DNA from: an uncultured Spirochaetales bacterium | GTDB lineage: Bacteria > Spirochaetota > Spirochaetia > JABEVK01 | Direction: 5' to 3' | NCBI GenBank assembly: GCA_964475005.1 | Contig: CAYYUZ010000001.1 | Coordinates: forward strand, 19,780-83,779 | DNA length: 64,000 nt | In this document: positions 54,957 to 64,000 of the stretch, piece by piece | How the letters are laid out: each line of letters starts with the position of its first letter | Numbering within the stretch: the first letter of the stretch is position 1 | Notes under the pieces: model-generated | Told to the model about the DNA's origin: nothing | The model's input: the letters and a program-made list of their open reading frames with translations, nothing else | Databases searched by the model: none | Translations under genes and position numbers: made by a program

Positions 54957-55649
54957 TCACTCGAAGAACGAGTAGATCAGCGCGGAGGTCTGCTTTTTGC
55001 CCGTGAGCTTATCGACTGGAGCGGGGATGTAGAGTATTCCTGGCCGAGCGAATTCCCCTTCAATTTGGTACTGCTTGTCACCTTTGAGCATGGTGATCGG
55101 ACCAAGGCTCGCCGAGAAGCCGCCATACACAAATGAGAAGATGCAGGACTGTCCCTTTCGCGTGAGGCCGAAGTATTGACCGATGGGGATGTTGGCCGCG
55201 CCCGTGTCTTGCTTGATATAAGCAGCGTAGAAGTTGAGAGCGGGACCGATGGTCGCGAATACCTGGCGAGTGTCGAGGTAGTCGAGCATGTCGGGTTCAG
55301 TGTTCTTGACGAGGAGATTCGTCTTGAAACCGGAATCAAGAATAATTATTGAAACATTGTCAGCATCATCGGCGTAAGACACCACGGTAACTTTTGTCCC
55401 CGATAGAAAGTCGGAGATGTCTTGAAGCTTACCGGTACTCTTGAGCGCCCTTATGAAAATACTCTTGTCTGAAAGCGCCGTTCCGAGTTCGCCTTCAAGG
55501 CTGGTCTTCATGACAATGGTAAACTTTGACAGAAGCGCGTCATCTGAGGGTGTGGCGGGAACGGCGGGCGCAGATGACGAGTCTTGGGCCGAAATGTAGA
55601 CAGTGCCGAGCAGGAATATGCTGAGGATGCAGGCAAGAATGCGATGCAT
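54957..55649 (-). CDS. secreted hypothetical protein
   Basis: AAGGAG RBS 7 nt before ATG 55649 (MHRILACILSIFLLGTVYISAQD signal peptide). Confidence 0.55.
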   Translation of the reverse strand: MHRILACILSIFLLGTVYISAQDSSSAPAVPATPSDDALLSKFTIVMKTSLEGELGTALSDKSIFIRALKSTGKLQDISDFLSGTKVTVVSYADDADNVSIIILDSGFKTNLLVKNTEPDMLDYLDTRQVFATIGPALNFYAAYIKQDTGAANIPIGQYFGLTRKGQSCIFSFVYGGFSASLGPITMLKGDKQYQIEGEFARPGILYIPAPVDKLTGKKQTSALIYSFFE

Positions 55650-56248
55650 AGTTTTCTCCTTCAAGTAAGATTTGGGGCATGTTAAGCCTAGTAAGTGCCA
55701 AAAGATGGCAATGATGGGCCGCCTATTGAATCAATAGAGAGAGAATGGGGAGAAAGGAACGAGATCTAGGCAAACTCTGTGCAAAGATCCTCGCGCTGGC
55801 CCTCTTGGCGCGCTTGGGAACGAACGTCCTTTCTCTTGGACGGAGAGCCCCACTTGGGCTGGTCGTGACCACTTCAGCCACGGAAGAAGGCAGGGTGTAC
55901 GGACCTGCGCCTCATTCTGGTCAAGAAAGCGATCAATCAAAAGTTAATCGAGAGTAGGGACGCGGGAAGCTGCGATACTTGTTTGGACCTGACCGATGGC
56001 TATGAAGACCATCTGCCAAGGCCAGTCCCGAACCTCGTAGGTGTCGAATGCGGGCTTGACCACCGCGGAATCCCTCATGAACAGCAAGGACATAGACTCC
56101 GAGTGCATTGTGAACAGGGAAAAAAAGAGGGGCACAGATGCGGGGGAGTGAAGCATCTGTGCCCCATGCGAGAGAGTCTTAGGATGCCGTGCTATTTCCC
56201 AGGGTGTAGACCACATCGGATAGCATAGCCAATCTGCTGGAGGAGTTT

Positions 56249-56758
56249 CTACTCTGATTCATTGGAATCGGGTGAAACCGTGAGGCCCAAAGTTGGGACC
56301 ACAGAGCCCATCCCCTGACAGGCGGGTTGAATGCTCTCCCCCAGAAGCGCACGAATCTTCGCCGCTTCTTCATCATCTTCGACGGTGTCGAGCATGATGA
56401 GTTCGGCAACGAATCCGAGGAAATACTTGAGCAGAGCAAGAGTCCGATTAGCGTCGAGCCTGAAAGAAAAGACATAGGCAAACACGAACGGAAATTGGGT
56501 GTAGTCCACACGTCCCTTTAAGTGGTAGGTGCTCAGGGAACACGCAAGTTCCTCGGCCCAATCGAAATGGGATTCTGGAAGCAGCGCATCCTTCAGCTGA
56601 GGCCACTTGGCGTGTCTATCTTTGCACCACGCGCGAAGATCAGTGAGATCCTCTATCCAAGGACGACCCGATGGGATCTCCCCGGAATCGTCATCTTCTC
56701 CAGGCTCTACCAGAACTTGGTCTGGAAGTTCAGCCTGGGAATCATCATCATCTGACAT
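56249..56758 (-). CDS. acidic hypothetical protein
   Basis: 169 aa with strongly acidic N-terminus (MSDDDDSQAELPDQVLVEPGEDDDSGE); no recognisable domain. Confidence 0.45.
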   Translation of the reverse strand: MSDDDDSQAELPDQVLVEPGEDDDSGEIPSGRPWIEDLTDLRAWCKDRHAKWPQLKDALLPESHFDWAEELACSLSTYHLKGRVDYTQFPFVFAYVFSFRLDANRTLALLKYFLGFVAELIMLDTVEDDEEAAKIRALLGESIQPACQGMGSVVPTLGLTVSPDSNESE

Positions 56759-56827
56759 GTTGTCCCCCTTTGTTCTTGCGAACGTTCACTCCCTTGGAAG
56801 CTAAAGCGGGCGATCAAAATGTGTGAG

Positions 56828-57877
56828 TCAGGCCTTCCCGGTGTAGATGGCGGCGAGGTTGAGGGCTTCGTCGCGGACGGCGTCTCTGAGTGATGACGGG
56901 GAAAGAACTACGGCGGCGGAGCCGAACGACAGGACCCATCGGATGAGGTCGCGGGTACCCGAGGTAGTGAGCGTGAGCGTGATGGAGCCGTCCGGGTGGT
57001 CTTCGATGGTCTGATTCCTGGACCAGCGGCGATGCCGGACGTAGGGGGCGACGGCAGAAAGGAAGCGGATCGTGGCCGTGATTGGGTCGTCGAAGTCAAG
57101 ATTGAAAGTAGCGGCCAGAAGTGCTTCAGCGTTGAAGTCAGGCGGGGTTGCAAACACGGTGCCGAGGAGCCTGGCAGTTCGGATGCGCTCAAAGTCCATG
57201 GCGCGAATGAGGTCTGACTTGGCCATCCGAACGATGAGGTAGAGACCTCCCTGGTGTTCGAGAAGTCTCAGAGGATGGACTGAGAAGGTCTTCGGGGACT
57301 GGCGGGTGGCCGCGAGGTAACTAATCTGGAGAACCCTGCATTGCGCGAGACCGGCAAAGAGAACGTCAAGAACAGCTTCGTGGCCCTTGAGGCAAGAGGA
57401 GCCGGTTGGCGAACAAGTGAACAGCGTAGGAATCGACGGGACGGGCAGAATGGTACCTGGTGGCGAAGGAATGAGCACTGCAAGTTTCAATCTAAGAGAA
57501 GCGAGGTCTTGTTCGATCTCTGAGTCTGTGAAGACTGCGTCGTGGGCTAGGAGTAAGAACAGGGCTAGGCACTCACGGGTAGTCAGCGAGAGCTGGGGGA
57601 CGAGCATGTTTGGGAGTTTGCGGACGTAGTGCTCGGCGAGGTGGTGGCGGGTTTCGCCTCCAAAGGCGGGCCGGTCGTCGGTCAGCGGGAAGTTGAGACT
57701 GGCGAGGGTTGTCAGCAACCGGAAAACGGAACGGGAGGACATGGAGAGGCTGGACGCAAGTTCCCTATTGGAAGCGCCTTGGGGACGGGCCAAGAGATCG
57801 ACGGCCCGGAGAATCTTCGAGATGTTGCGGCCGTAGGACGAGCTGGCCAGTGGGAGCCTCCGAAAACAGTGCACTGC
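56828..57877 (-). CDS. WYL-domain transcriptional regulator (HTH + WYL + C-terminal WCX-like), start uncertain
   Basis: HTH region (ISKILRAVDLLARPQGASNRELASSLSMSSRSVFRLL), central WYL-like segment, C-terminal FATPPDFNAEALLAATFNL typical of YafY/WYL regulators. The listed ORF start (58141) adds an implausible N-terminus; GTG near 57877 or a nearby start is more likely. Confidence 0.5.
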   Translation of the reverse strand, partial: AVHCFRRLPLASSSYGRNISKILRAVDLLARPQGASNRELASSLSMSSRSVFRLLTTLASLNFPLTDDRPAFGGETRHHLAEHYVRKLPNMLVPQLSLTTRECLALFLLLAHDAVFTDSEIEQDLASLRLKLAVLIPSPPGTILPVPSIPTLFTCSPTGSSCLKGHEAVLDVLFAGLAQCRVLQISYLAATRQSPKTFSVHPLRLLEHQGGLYLIVRMAKSDLIRAMDFERIRTARLLGTVFATPPDFNAEALLAATFNLDFDDPITATIRFLSAVAPYVRHRRWSRNQTIEDHPDGSITLTLTTSGTRDLIRWVLSFGSAAVVLSPSSLRDAVRDEALNLAAIYTGKA

Positions 57878-58153
57878 CAGCGTGAACGGTCGGTATGACG
57901 AAACGCGGCGGTGTTGTAGCGGCAGTAGGCTCCCGTTGCCTGGTGAGGAACTCCAGGCAACGGAATGGATCGGGAAGTCGGCTTGGTGGAAGTGGCTGAA
58001 TCTGAGTCTGTTTGGCTTGAAGCAAGTGCAAGCGAGTACTATATAACTACCCAGTATATCTTTACTTGGCCGAAGGGCACCTCGGTGTAGAAGAAAATGG
58101 CCCAGAGACGAGGGTGCCAGTGGGCCGTGTCGTAGGAACAAGAAGATGAGGGC

Positions 58154-58630
58154 TCAGTCCTCGTCGGGGAGCATGATGGTCACACAGGGGCCACCTGGGT
58201 CGTCGGGGCCGCAGACGGCCTTGAGCTTGACTGGGGCAGGTGGAAGACCCGGTTTGAGCACGAACAAGACATCAAAGAAGAGCATGTGGGTAGGCGGGTT
58301 GACTGTGATGGTATGCCGAAGGACGGAGAGGACGTCCCATAGGCGGCCACGAAAGGACTGGCCTTCATCGATGAGGTCGGTGGAAGGATCGAGGTAGGTG
58401 CTGAAGAGCGCGGCGGTGACCGCGATGGGCCAACGGAAGCCTGCCTCGCGGGCCAGGTCGGAAACGTCGATCAGGGTGCCATCGGCGAAGGCGTCGGCCC
58501 GCGAGTAGCAGAATATGACGGGTCCGAAGAGGTCGGTCGGGTCGTCCGGTGAAGAAGGCATAGGGATAGCGGGGCCGGGTGCGAAATGCGGTGGCCTCTT
58601 AACCTCTAGGGGCATGGGAGTCTCCTTCAA
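58154..58630 (-). CDS. hypothetical protein
   Basis: Intact 158-aa ORF tightly coupled (4-nt overlap) to the upstream ORF 58627..59247; no recognised motif. Confidence 0.4.
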   Translation of the reverse strand: MKETPMPLEVKRPPHFAPGPAIPMPSSPDDPTDLFGPVIFCYSRADAFADGTLIDVSDLAREAGFRWPIAVTAALFSTYLDPSTDLIDEGQSFRGRLWDVLSVLRHTITVNPPTHMLFFDVLFVLKPGLPPAPVKLKAVCGPDDPGGPCVTIMLPDED

Positions 58631-59247
58631 TTGGTAGCTCGCACGAAAAGCTGGTCGGAACCCATGGCGGCGGTGACACCAGGCACGGGCGTGTTGTCAC
58701 GGAGCACAAGCGTCCGGAGAGTGGACTTGGAAAGCTCTGTGCGCGTGACCAGGGCGTTAGGGGCGTTCTCGGTGGCCCAGGCCATGGCGGCGTCGGGGTC
58801 GTCGATGGACAATTGATCAGGCGACCGACGAAGTGAGATTGTGCCCGACGGCAAAAGCAAAGACCTGGAGCGGCGCTGTTTGGCGATCTCGGCTTCGGCA
58901 AACGGACGCAAGCTAGCCATCAGGAAGATAATGGATTCGAGGTCAGCGGAAGACGCTTTGTCGAGCCAGCTGTCAACCTGGGCGTGCAACCGAGACGCAA
59001 AGTCAGACCGGGCGTCGAGCCTGGACTGGGCCGCGAGGATGCTGCCAACACACCAGTCGGCCTTGGGCATTGAGTCGACTGAGAACGGTGGAGCCGGGGC
59101 AGGCTCGGAGTCATCGACAGGAATGCTGTGTAGGGCGGGCATCGAAAAGTCTGGATAGAGGACTTCTGTTGCCGACGGAAGATCGAGCTGTGCGGACTTG
59201 AGCGCCTGCGCGGAATCGGGCGTAACGAGATCGAGGACTGCTTGCAT
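58627..59247 (-). CDS. hypothetical protein
   Basis: 206-aa ORF, first gene of a leftward operon leaving the 59248-59479 divergent region. Confidence 0.4.
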   Translation of the reverse strand: MQAVLDLVTPDSAQALKSAQLDLPSATEVLYPDFSMPALHSIPVDDSEPAPAPPFSVDSMPKADWCVGSILAAQSRLDARSDFASRLHAQVDSWLDKASSADLESIIFLMASLRPFAEAEIAKQRRSRSLLLPSGTISLRRSPDQLSIDDPDAAMAWATENAPNALVTRTELSKSTLRTLVLRDNTPVPGVTAAMGSDQLFVRATN

Positions 59248-59479
59248 TTGGGCCTCCAGTACGGGTGATGGTGGGCAACGTATTAGGCGACGTCGAGCGC
59301 TACCAAAAACAGTAGGCTTCGGCGTTCAGACCGCGCAGACACTTGAAGCGACAAGCGGGATAATGTCGGGGCCGGGAGGCTGCAACCTTCATCGAAATTA
59401 GCAAAGTTTAGCCACGGCGCCAGAATGGCTTGCCATGTTGACTTGGAATTGTTATCCCCCAATGGCATAGGGGGAGAAG

Positions 59480-60583
59480 ATGGCGCTTGAGACGACGAAA
59501 ACGCTTGATATTGGCTCGGCGCTCGGGCGCCTAAGGGACGTCCAAAGCGGGCCGTCGATCTACTTCAAACCCTTTGAAAAGTACATCCCAACGATCCCGA
59601 GAGGAACGCTTGTGACGGTCGGCGGTTATGTCGGAAGTTTCAAGACTACTTTCGGTTACAATTTTGCGTATACGAATGCGGTATACGGCGGATGGAACAG
59701 TCTGGTGCTTTCACTCGAGATGTTGCGCGATGAGATCTACATCAAGACAACTGTTCGGCACGGGTTGCATCCAAAGTTCTATGGCCACGAGGAAATAAGA
59801 TATTCCCAGCTGAAGGCTGGAACCCTGAGTAGCAACGCTGAGGGGTTCTACAGAAATACCTTGGTCCCTGACTTTCAGAATACGTTGGAAAGTTACGGTG
59901 GAAGGACCTTCGAGAAAGGCCAAGTCTGTGTAGTTGATCCCGAGCAATTGAGGCAGATCAGCGCGGGATCGGTCGACGAACTCTTAGGGTATATCTTGCA
60001 CCGAGTAGACGCGGATATGCCGGGCGGTCTCGACATCGTTGTCGTGGATTATGTGCAGCTCCTTGCATCGAATCTCCCGGTGAAAGACTTCGAGGACAAC
60101 TTCCGAAATACGAAAATCGTCGCGCGGTATATGAAGGATCTAGCACTCGGGTTCCAATCGCAGAAATGGACACGGAGGCCGGGGCTTACCGTAGTGCTGC
60201 TGTCACAGCTGTCACGGGCGGCATACCAAAGCGCCTATGAAACAATATACAAGGCCAAGAAGAAAGGGCCCGAGCGGTATAGGAACATCTACAACGTCAC
60301 GGCGTTCGCGGAGTCGACTGAACTTGAACGGGCGTCAGATATCTGTTTGACACTGTATTCCGACGATGGCCTAAAGCATGGGCAGGGTGCGACTGTGGTC
60401 GCGCAACTCTTGAAGAATCGCCAGGGCGAAAGGAACGAGGCTGGCGAAGAAATGCTCGCGTTGCCTGACCTGTGTTACATCGGCGACTTGAACGTGCAGT
60501 CAGTTGATCCTTTTCTGGAGCGCCTTCTGACAATCGAAGCGATCGAAGATGTTCAGAGAATGTTGAACAGCTCGCGAACCTAA
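59480..60583 (+). CDS. DnaB-like replicative helicase C-terminal (RecA-fold) domain protein with deviant Walker A
   Basis: Walker-B region DIVVVDYVQLL matches DnaB (IDYLQLM). P-loop position reads GGYVGSFKTT (SFKT instead of GKT). GGGGGAG RBS before ATG. Confidence 0.5.
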   Translation: MALETTKTLDIGSALGRLRDVQSGPSIYFKPFEKYIPTIPRGTLVTVGGYVGSFKTTFGYNFAYTNAVYGGWNSLVLSLEMLRDEIYIKTTVRHGLHPKFYGHEEIRYSQLKAGTLSSNAEGFYRNTLVPDFQNTLESYGGRTFEKGQVCVVDPEQLRQISAGSVDELLGYILHRVDADMPGGLDIVVVDYVQLLASNLPVKDFEDNFRNTKIVARYMKDLALGFQSQKWTRRPGLTVVLLSQLSRAAYQSAYETIYKAKKKGPERYRNIYNVTAFAESTELERASDICLTLYSDDGLKHGQGATVVAQLLKNRQGERNEAGEEMLALPDLCYIGDLNVQSVDPFLERLLTIEAIEDVQRMLNSSRT

Positions 60584-60604
60584 GGAAAAGCTCGAGGCGG
60601 GAGC

Positions 60605-61159
60605 ATGCACGAAGTCAAAAGAGAAAGTAGCAGTCTGGATCAGCGGACCCGGCTGGTGGAGTACCTGGAGCCAGTAGCAGCACTGTTGCGAGAAGGCAGG
60701 GCGAGCGACGTTGGTGAAGGGCTTGAAGATCGAGCGGTACAGGCGGTGATTGCAAGACTTGAAAACCGGCGGGCCGTGTGCGAGCTGCTCATGAGGGCGT
60801 GGTACCCGTATCGAATGCAAGTCGTCGCCGTAGAAGAGCTGAACGCGATCGCGGCCGGGCATGACCGGAGCGCCTGGAACATCGAAATAGCGGTGGAGGA
60901 CGGCGAGTATTTCATTGTTGATTTGAGCAGCGTGAATACCTCGCGGGCGAGGTCGGGGTTCGGTGAGTACGACGATGCCGCGCTCGTGCGGTTCGTCGAA
61001 ACGAACATGGAATATGAGGGGAGTAAGGTCCTCGTCGTCATCGACCGGCGGGTGAAAGTGGTTGAAGGGGCGTTCCCAAGATTCTGTGAGTTCATGCGCA
61101 AGCACGGGATCGAAGTGTTCGACAAAGGGAAATATGGACGGCTCGGAGGTAAGGAATGA
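60605..61159 (+). CDS. hypothetical protein
   Basis: 184-aa ORF between the helicase and primase-polymerase genes; ATGA overlap with the next gene. Confidence 0.4.
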   Translation: MHEVKRESSSLDQRTRLVEYLEPVAALLREGRASDVGEGLEDRAVQAVIARLENRRAVCELLMRAWYPYRMQVVAVEELNAIAAGHDRSAWNIEIAVEDGEYFIVDLSSVNTSRARSGFGEYDDAALVRFVETNMEYEGSKVLVVIDRRVKVVEGAFPRFCEFMRKHGIEVFDKGKYGRLGGKE

Positions 61160-62547
61160 CGGCAGCCGAAGAATTCATCGAGGTGTTCCGGCCCCATACC
61201 GGACGTTACGTGGAGAAGGAACCTGTGAAGGGGTACAGGCTCAGACGAGCGGAGCTGAAGCCGGAGATCATCGAGGCCCACATGAACGGCAAGCGCGTGA
61301 TCTCGTTCTTGGCGAGGGTGACACGGAATGTTGTCGGCATGGACATTGATGACCACCAGCGCGGCGGCTGGGTAGGCGGGGTGCCAACGGTGATGTTGAG
61401 GGCACGGTATCACGAGGTCGTTCGGCTCATGCGAATGCAGGCAAGCGGGGTGTTCCGGTCGGACCATGGGGTCCACGCATATTGGCTGCTCGAAAAGAAT
61501 GTGCCCGATAAGACAATGCGCGAGGTCCTGAAGGAAAGGTTCGGGGAACTGCTGACGGATGAAGACATGAGAATTGCCGAGGTCCTGCCGACCAACAGCG
61601 CCGGGCTGAAGATTCCCAGGCCGGAGCGGTATCTCAACAACGATCTGACGCCGGGGGCTTTTCCTGGGTTTAGGGCGCTAGCGGTGTACCCGGTCCGGGC
61701 GATCTTCGGAGACGAGTTGGAGCCTGAAACCTTGCGATATCGGCGGGTGTGCCGCAGAGCCACTACAGAAGGAACGCCAACGAAGAAGAGGGGGGAGAGT
61801 GCAACGCCGGCAGGGAATGAGAAAGGCTCGGCGAAAGTGAAGCCCCTGGAGGCGGTCACGATAGCCGATGTCGAGAAGCTTGAGCACGAGTGCGGGCCAT
61901 TCAGGAACGGCCACGGGAATCCGCAGTACCTAAGGCTAGTGCGGATGTATCGGCGGGCAGGGATAAGTCAGGGCGAGGCCGTGGACCGCTTGAAAAAGAT
62001 ACTGGCGAGGAGCCCTGGCTATGTTGGGGATGTCAGAACTGGAGTAGAGGCCCGCGTGGCGGCGTCGTATCGGAAGCTGACGGGACCGGTCGAGGGGATC
62101 GGGCTAGAGAGTGCGGCGTTGCGGAGAGACTGGCACGCGATGGCGTTTGTCACCATGGTAGTAGACGACCTGGGCATGAAAAACGCGCAAGAGCGGGCGG
62201 CGGCCGAGCGGTTCCTGCTAAAGCTCTGGGCCTGGAAGGAGTACCTCGACGGTAAGATCAAAAGCCCCGAGGAGGCGTGGGCCTGGGACTTCCAGAATCC
62301 GAGGTTTAGAAAGCTAATGGCCGAGGGGTATTACCCGGTGCCGTCGAGGCTCCTGAGGGGCTGGCGGCACGACTACAACAAGATGACCAACGGGCTGAAG
62401 GCGATCGGGGTGATTGTGGAAAGCCCGTACCACTATTCAACGGACATCGGTTACTGCAAGCACTACACGTTGAACCTCAAGCGGATGCAAAGGGTAGGAA
62501 GCGGACTCGGAATGACTGGGACGTTGACAATAACAAGGGCCGAGTAG
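61156..62547 (+). CDS. primase-polymerase (archaeo-eukaryotic primase superfamily, bifunctional DNA primase/polymerase-like)
   Basis: AEP motif I VVGMDIDDH (hhhDhD) and motif II SDHGVHAYWLL (sGxGxHxYh); large C-terminal extension. Confidence 0.55.
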   Translation: MTAAEEFIEVFRPHTGRYVEKEPVKGYRLRRAELKPEIIEAHMNGKRVISFLARVTRNVVGMDIDDHQRGGWVGGVPTVMLRARYHEVVRLMRMQASGVFRSDHGVHAYWLLEKNVPDKTMREVLKERFGELLTDEDMRIAEVLPTNSAGLKIPRPERYLNNDLTPGAFPGFRALAVYPVRAIFGDELEPETLRYRRVCRRATTEGTPTKKRGESATPAGNEKGSAKVKPLEAVTIADVEKLEHECGPFRNGHGNPQYLRLVRMYRRAGISQGEAVDRLKKILARSPGYVGDVRTGVEARVAASYRKLTGPVEGIGLESAALRRDWHAMAFVTMVVDDLGMKNAQERAAAERFLLKLWAWKEYLDGKIKSPEEAWAWDFQNPRFRKLMAEGYYPVPSRLLRGWRHDYNKMTNGLKAIGVIVESPYHYSTDIGYCKHYTLNLKRMQRVGSGLGMTGTLTITRAE

Positions 62548-62564
62548 GCCGGGAGGAGTAGGAG

Positions 62565-62996
62565 ATGAAGACGGTCAAGAAGATGCCCTTGCTGTTCAGC
62601 AGGGACGAGGTGCGCGGGATTGGGCTGGCGATCAAGAAGTACGGTGAACACATGAGCGACATCCGAAGTGGGAGGATTCCAAACCCGGAAATAGAGGATG
62701 ACGAGATTGAGGAAATGCTGGCGAGTGGCGAGGCGCATATTACCGACGAGGCGCTGCTGAAAGACGTAGGCAAACGAATTGATGGGATGAAGGACCCGCG
62801 GAGCGTGAACCTCGTGTTCTTTAGCCGGGCCGAGTTCGACGAGATCCATATCGCACTCGCTTGCGCGCTTAGCTGGAGCCACGACCTGGTCATGAGAGGC
62901 AGGGAGTCTCCGACGCTGGAGGAAGCACGCGAACACGACCTGTTCTTGGCGCTGGCTGTTCGGTTCGAAAGTATCTGCAGTGAGAACGTGAAGTGA
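62565..62996 (+). CDS. hypothetical protein
   Basis: 143-aa acidic ORF downstream of the primase-polymerase gene. Confidence 0.35.
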   Translation: MKTVKKMPLLFSRDEVRGIGLAIKKYGEHMSDIRSGRIPNPEIEDDEIEEMLASGEAHITDEALLKDVGKRIDGMKDPRSVNLVFFSRAEFDEIHIALACALSWSHDLVMRGRESPTLEEAREHDLFLALAVRFESICSENVK

Positions 62997-63231
62997 CTGG
63001 TAATGCGGCTTGGCCGGTAGGAACTCGGGCAAGCCTCGACCAGAAGATTCGCCCTTGGCTGCCGATCATCTTGAAGAGGACGATGATCGCCAACCAGGGG
63101 TTACTCATCTAGTCGGGAAAGATAGATATAGAGAGATAAAAGGAGCGCTAGAGGGTTACTCTCCCCCTATAATAATGTGTCCTGACTTGCAAATCGGGTG
63201 GGAAGAAGTCTGCAATCCCGGTGTGATTGAA

Positions 63232-63504
63232 TCAGCCACGATTGCCATGTGCAAAACGGGCAAGGTACTGTCGAAGTTCGGCCTCACAGAAGCGATAATG
63301 TCCTCCTGGTCGTCGGTAATAGGGGGGCTTGTCGGCTTGAGCAACACTGCTATTCTCCAGAAGCTTGTAGAGAGAGTTCTTGCCCATTCCAAGGACTGAA
63401 GCGGCTTCCCGTAACCCCAGTTGGGGCACCCAATCAGGAAGCTCATATTCAAGATGATCGCGACCGACAGCCATTTGTTCCTCCGAAGAAGTGATGAGGA
63501 ACAA
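63232..63504 (-). CDS. excisionase/AlpA-like helix-turn-helix DNA-binding protein
   Basis: HTH segment LREAASVLGMGKNSLYKLLE followed by RRPGGHYRF...EAELRQYL; located directly downstream of the integrase gene on the same strand. Confidence 0.5.
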   Translation of the reverse strand: MFLITSSEEQMAVGRDHLEYELPDWVPQLGLREAASVLGMGKNSLYKLLENSSVAQADKPPYYRRPGGHYRFCEAELRQYLARFAHGNRG

Positions 63505-63663
63505 CCAAAAGTATTAATACTTGGCGACGGTAATGGATTTAATAGAGATAATGGACGGCAGTTGAATGGAAAAAATTGTGATTTCCAAGAAATCCCCGTA
63601 CAATCATCATCTTCGTAGCCAGATCAGCGGTTGATTTCAACGACGAATAATGGTTTTGGATAA

Positions 63664-64000
63664 CTAGGCCTTTGCCCGGTTGGGGACTGTGGCGTTCAGC
63701 TTGGCGCGGGCTTCGGAGAAGTCAACGTTCGTTGCGTGGGTGTACCGGGCGACGACCTTGTCAGAAGATTGACCGCTCATTGCTTTGAGGACGTGTTCGG
63801 GGATTCCCTCGCCTTGGCACATCGAAACGAAACCATGACGCAGGGAGTGAAACACTATTGTCCGGGCCTCTCGGTCAATGTCTGAAATCCCAATATCCCG
63901 TAGGAGCCTATTGAACCCATGCCGGATTCCAGCGGCGGTCATCGGGGTGTCAAAAGTCCTTTGGTTTGGGAGAACGAAACCAGTGGCCGGGAACAGTTCT
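63664..64000 (-). CDS. tyrosine recombinase / phage integrase, C-terminal catalytic part (gene continues beyond window end)
   Basis: HSLRHGF (HxLRH box II) and VARYTH (catalytic Tyr). The minus-strand frame remains open upstream of M at 63942 through nt 64000 (…LFPATGFVLPNQRTFDTP-M…). Confidence 0.75.
   Translation of the reverse strand, partial: ELFPATGFVLPNQRTFDTPMTAAGIRHGFNRLLRDIGISDIDREARTIVFHSLRHGFVSMCQGEGIPEHVLKAMSGQSSDKVVARYTHATNVDFSEARAKLNATVPNRAKA

Larger units (their letters stand above)
49430..64000. mobile_element. integrative mobile element / phage-related island (partial; extends beyond the right window edge)
   Basis: Abrupt drop in GC and codon style after the tauD-like stop. 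Int (partial) + Xis-like HTH at the right end. Replication/recombination module: primase-polymerase, DnaB-like helicase, SSB, RecT, RadC. WYL regulator and many orphan ORFs. No capsid/tail genes within the window. Left boundary approximate (49.43-50.03 kb). Confidence 0.6.

Noticed and set aside
63010-63399. Plus-strand 129-aa ORF overlapping the Xis-like gene
   Set aside because: No RBS or recognisable fold. The opposite-strand ORF (63232..63504) has an HTH and sits in the canonical int-xis position.

Overview
High-GC (about 60-65%) bacterial chromosomal segment, apparently from a diderm (lipoproteins; an outer-membrane barrel ending in a C-terminal Phe). From nt 1 to about 49.4 kb the window is a dense organosulfur / methionine-cysteine metabolism island. 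It holds two paralogous tau/ssu-like ABC sets plus extra NMT1-type binding proteins, an ECF transporter, metNIQ and a cystine-type ABC transporter. It also holds three paralogous O-acetylhomoserine sulfhydrylases (metY), cystathionine beta-synthase with gamma-lyase, a CysK fusion, cysM, a four-domain rhodanese, a BisC-type Mo S/N-oxide reductase, a TauD-like dioxygenase and an Rrf2 regulator. At its centre is a nitrogenase-like reductase gene set. A nifB-like radical-SAM gene, a separate nifX-like gene and a nifH-like gene form one leftward operon (17731-19850). nifD-like and nifK-like genes form a second leftward operon (21338-24120). Each operon is divergently paired with a metY paralog through an AT-rich control region carrying an AGTA-N-TACT palindrome. 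There are no nifEN/nifV or bch genes. The context argues for a group-IV nitrogenase-like C-S-cleaving reductase of the methylthio-alkane reductase (MarBHDK) type that feeds methanethiol to MetY, not for N2 fixation or chlorophyll synthesis. The architecture is unusual: two operons, a split NifB, and interleaved metY genes. Two copies of an approximately 160-bp TIR-flanked, CCGGAT-rich MITE-like element sit in convergent intergenic gaps, one directly abutting the nifH-like stop. The ECF S-component gene shows an apparent frameshift. From about 49.5 kb to the window end lies a lower-GC integrative element that runs off the right edge. It carries a tyrosine integrase (partial), an Xis-like HTH protein, a primase-polymerase, a DnaB-like helicase, SSB, RecT, RadC, a WYL regulator and unknown cargo, with no virion structural genes in view.
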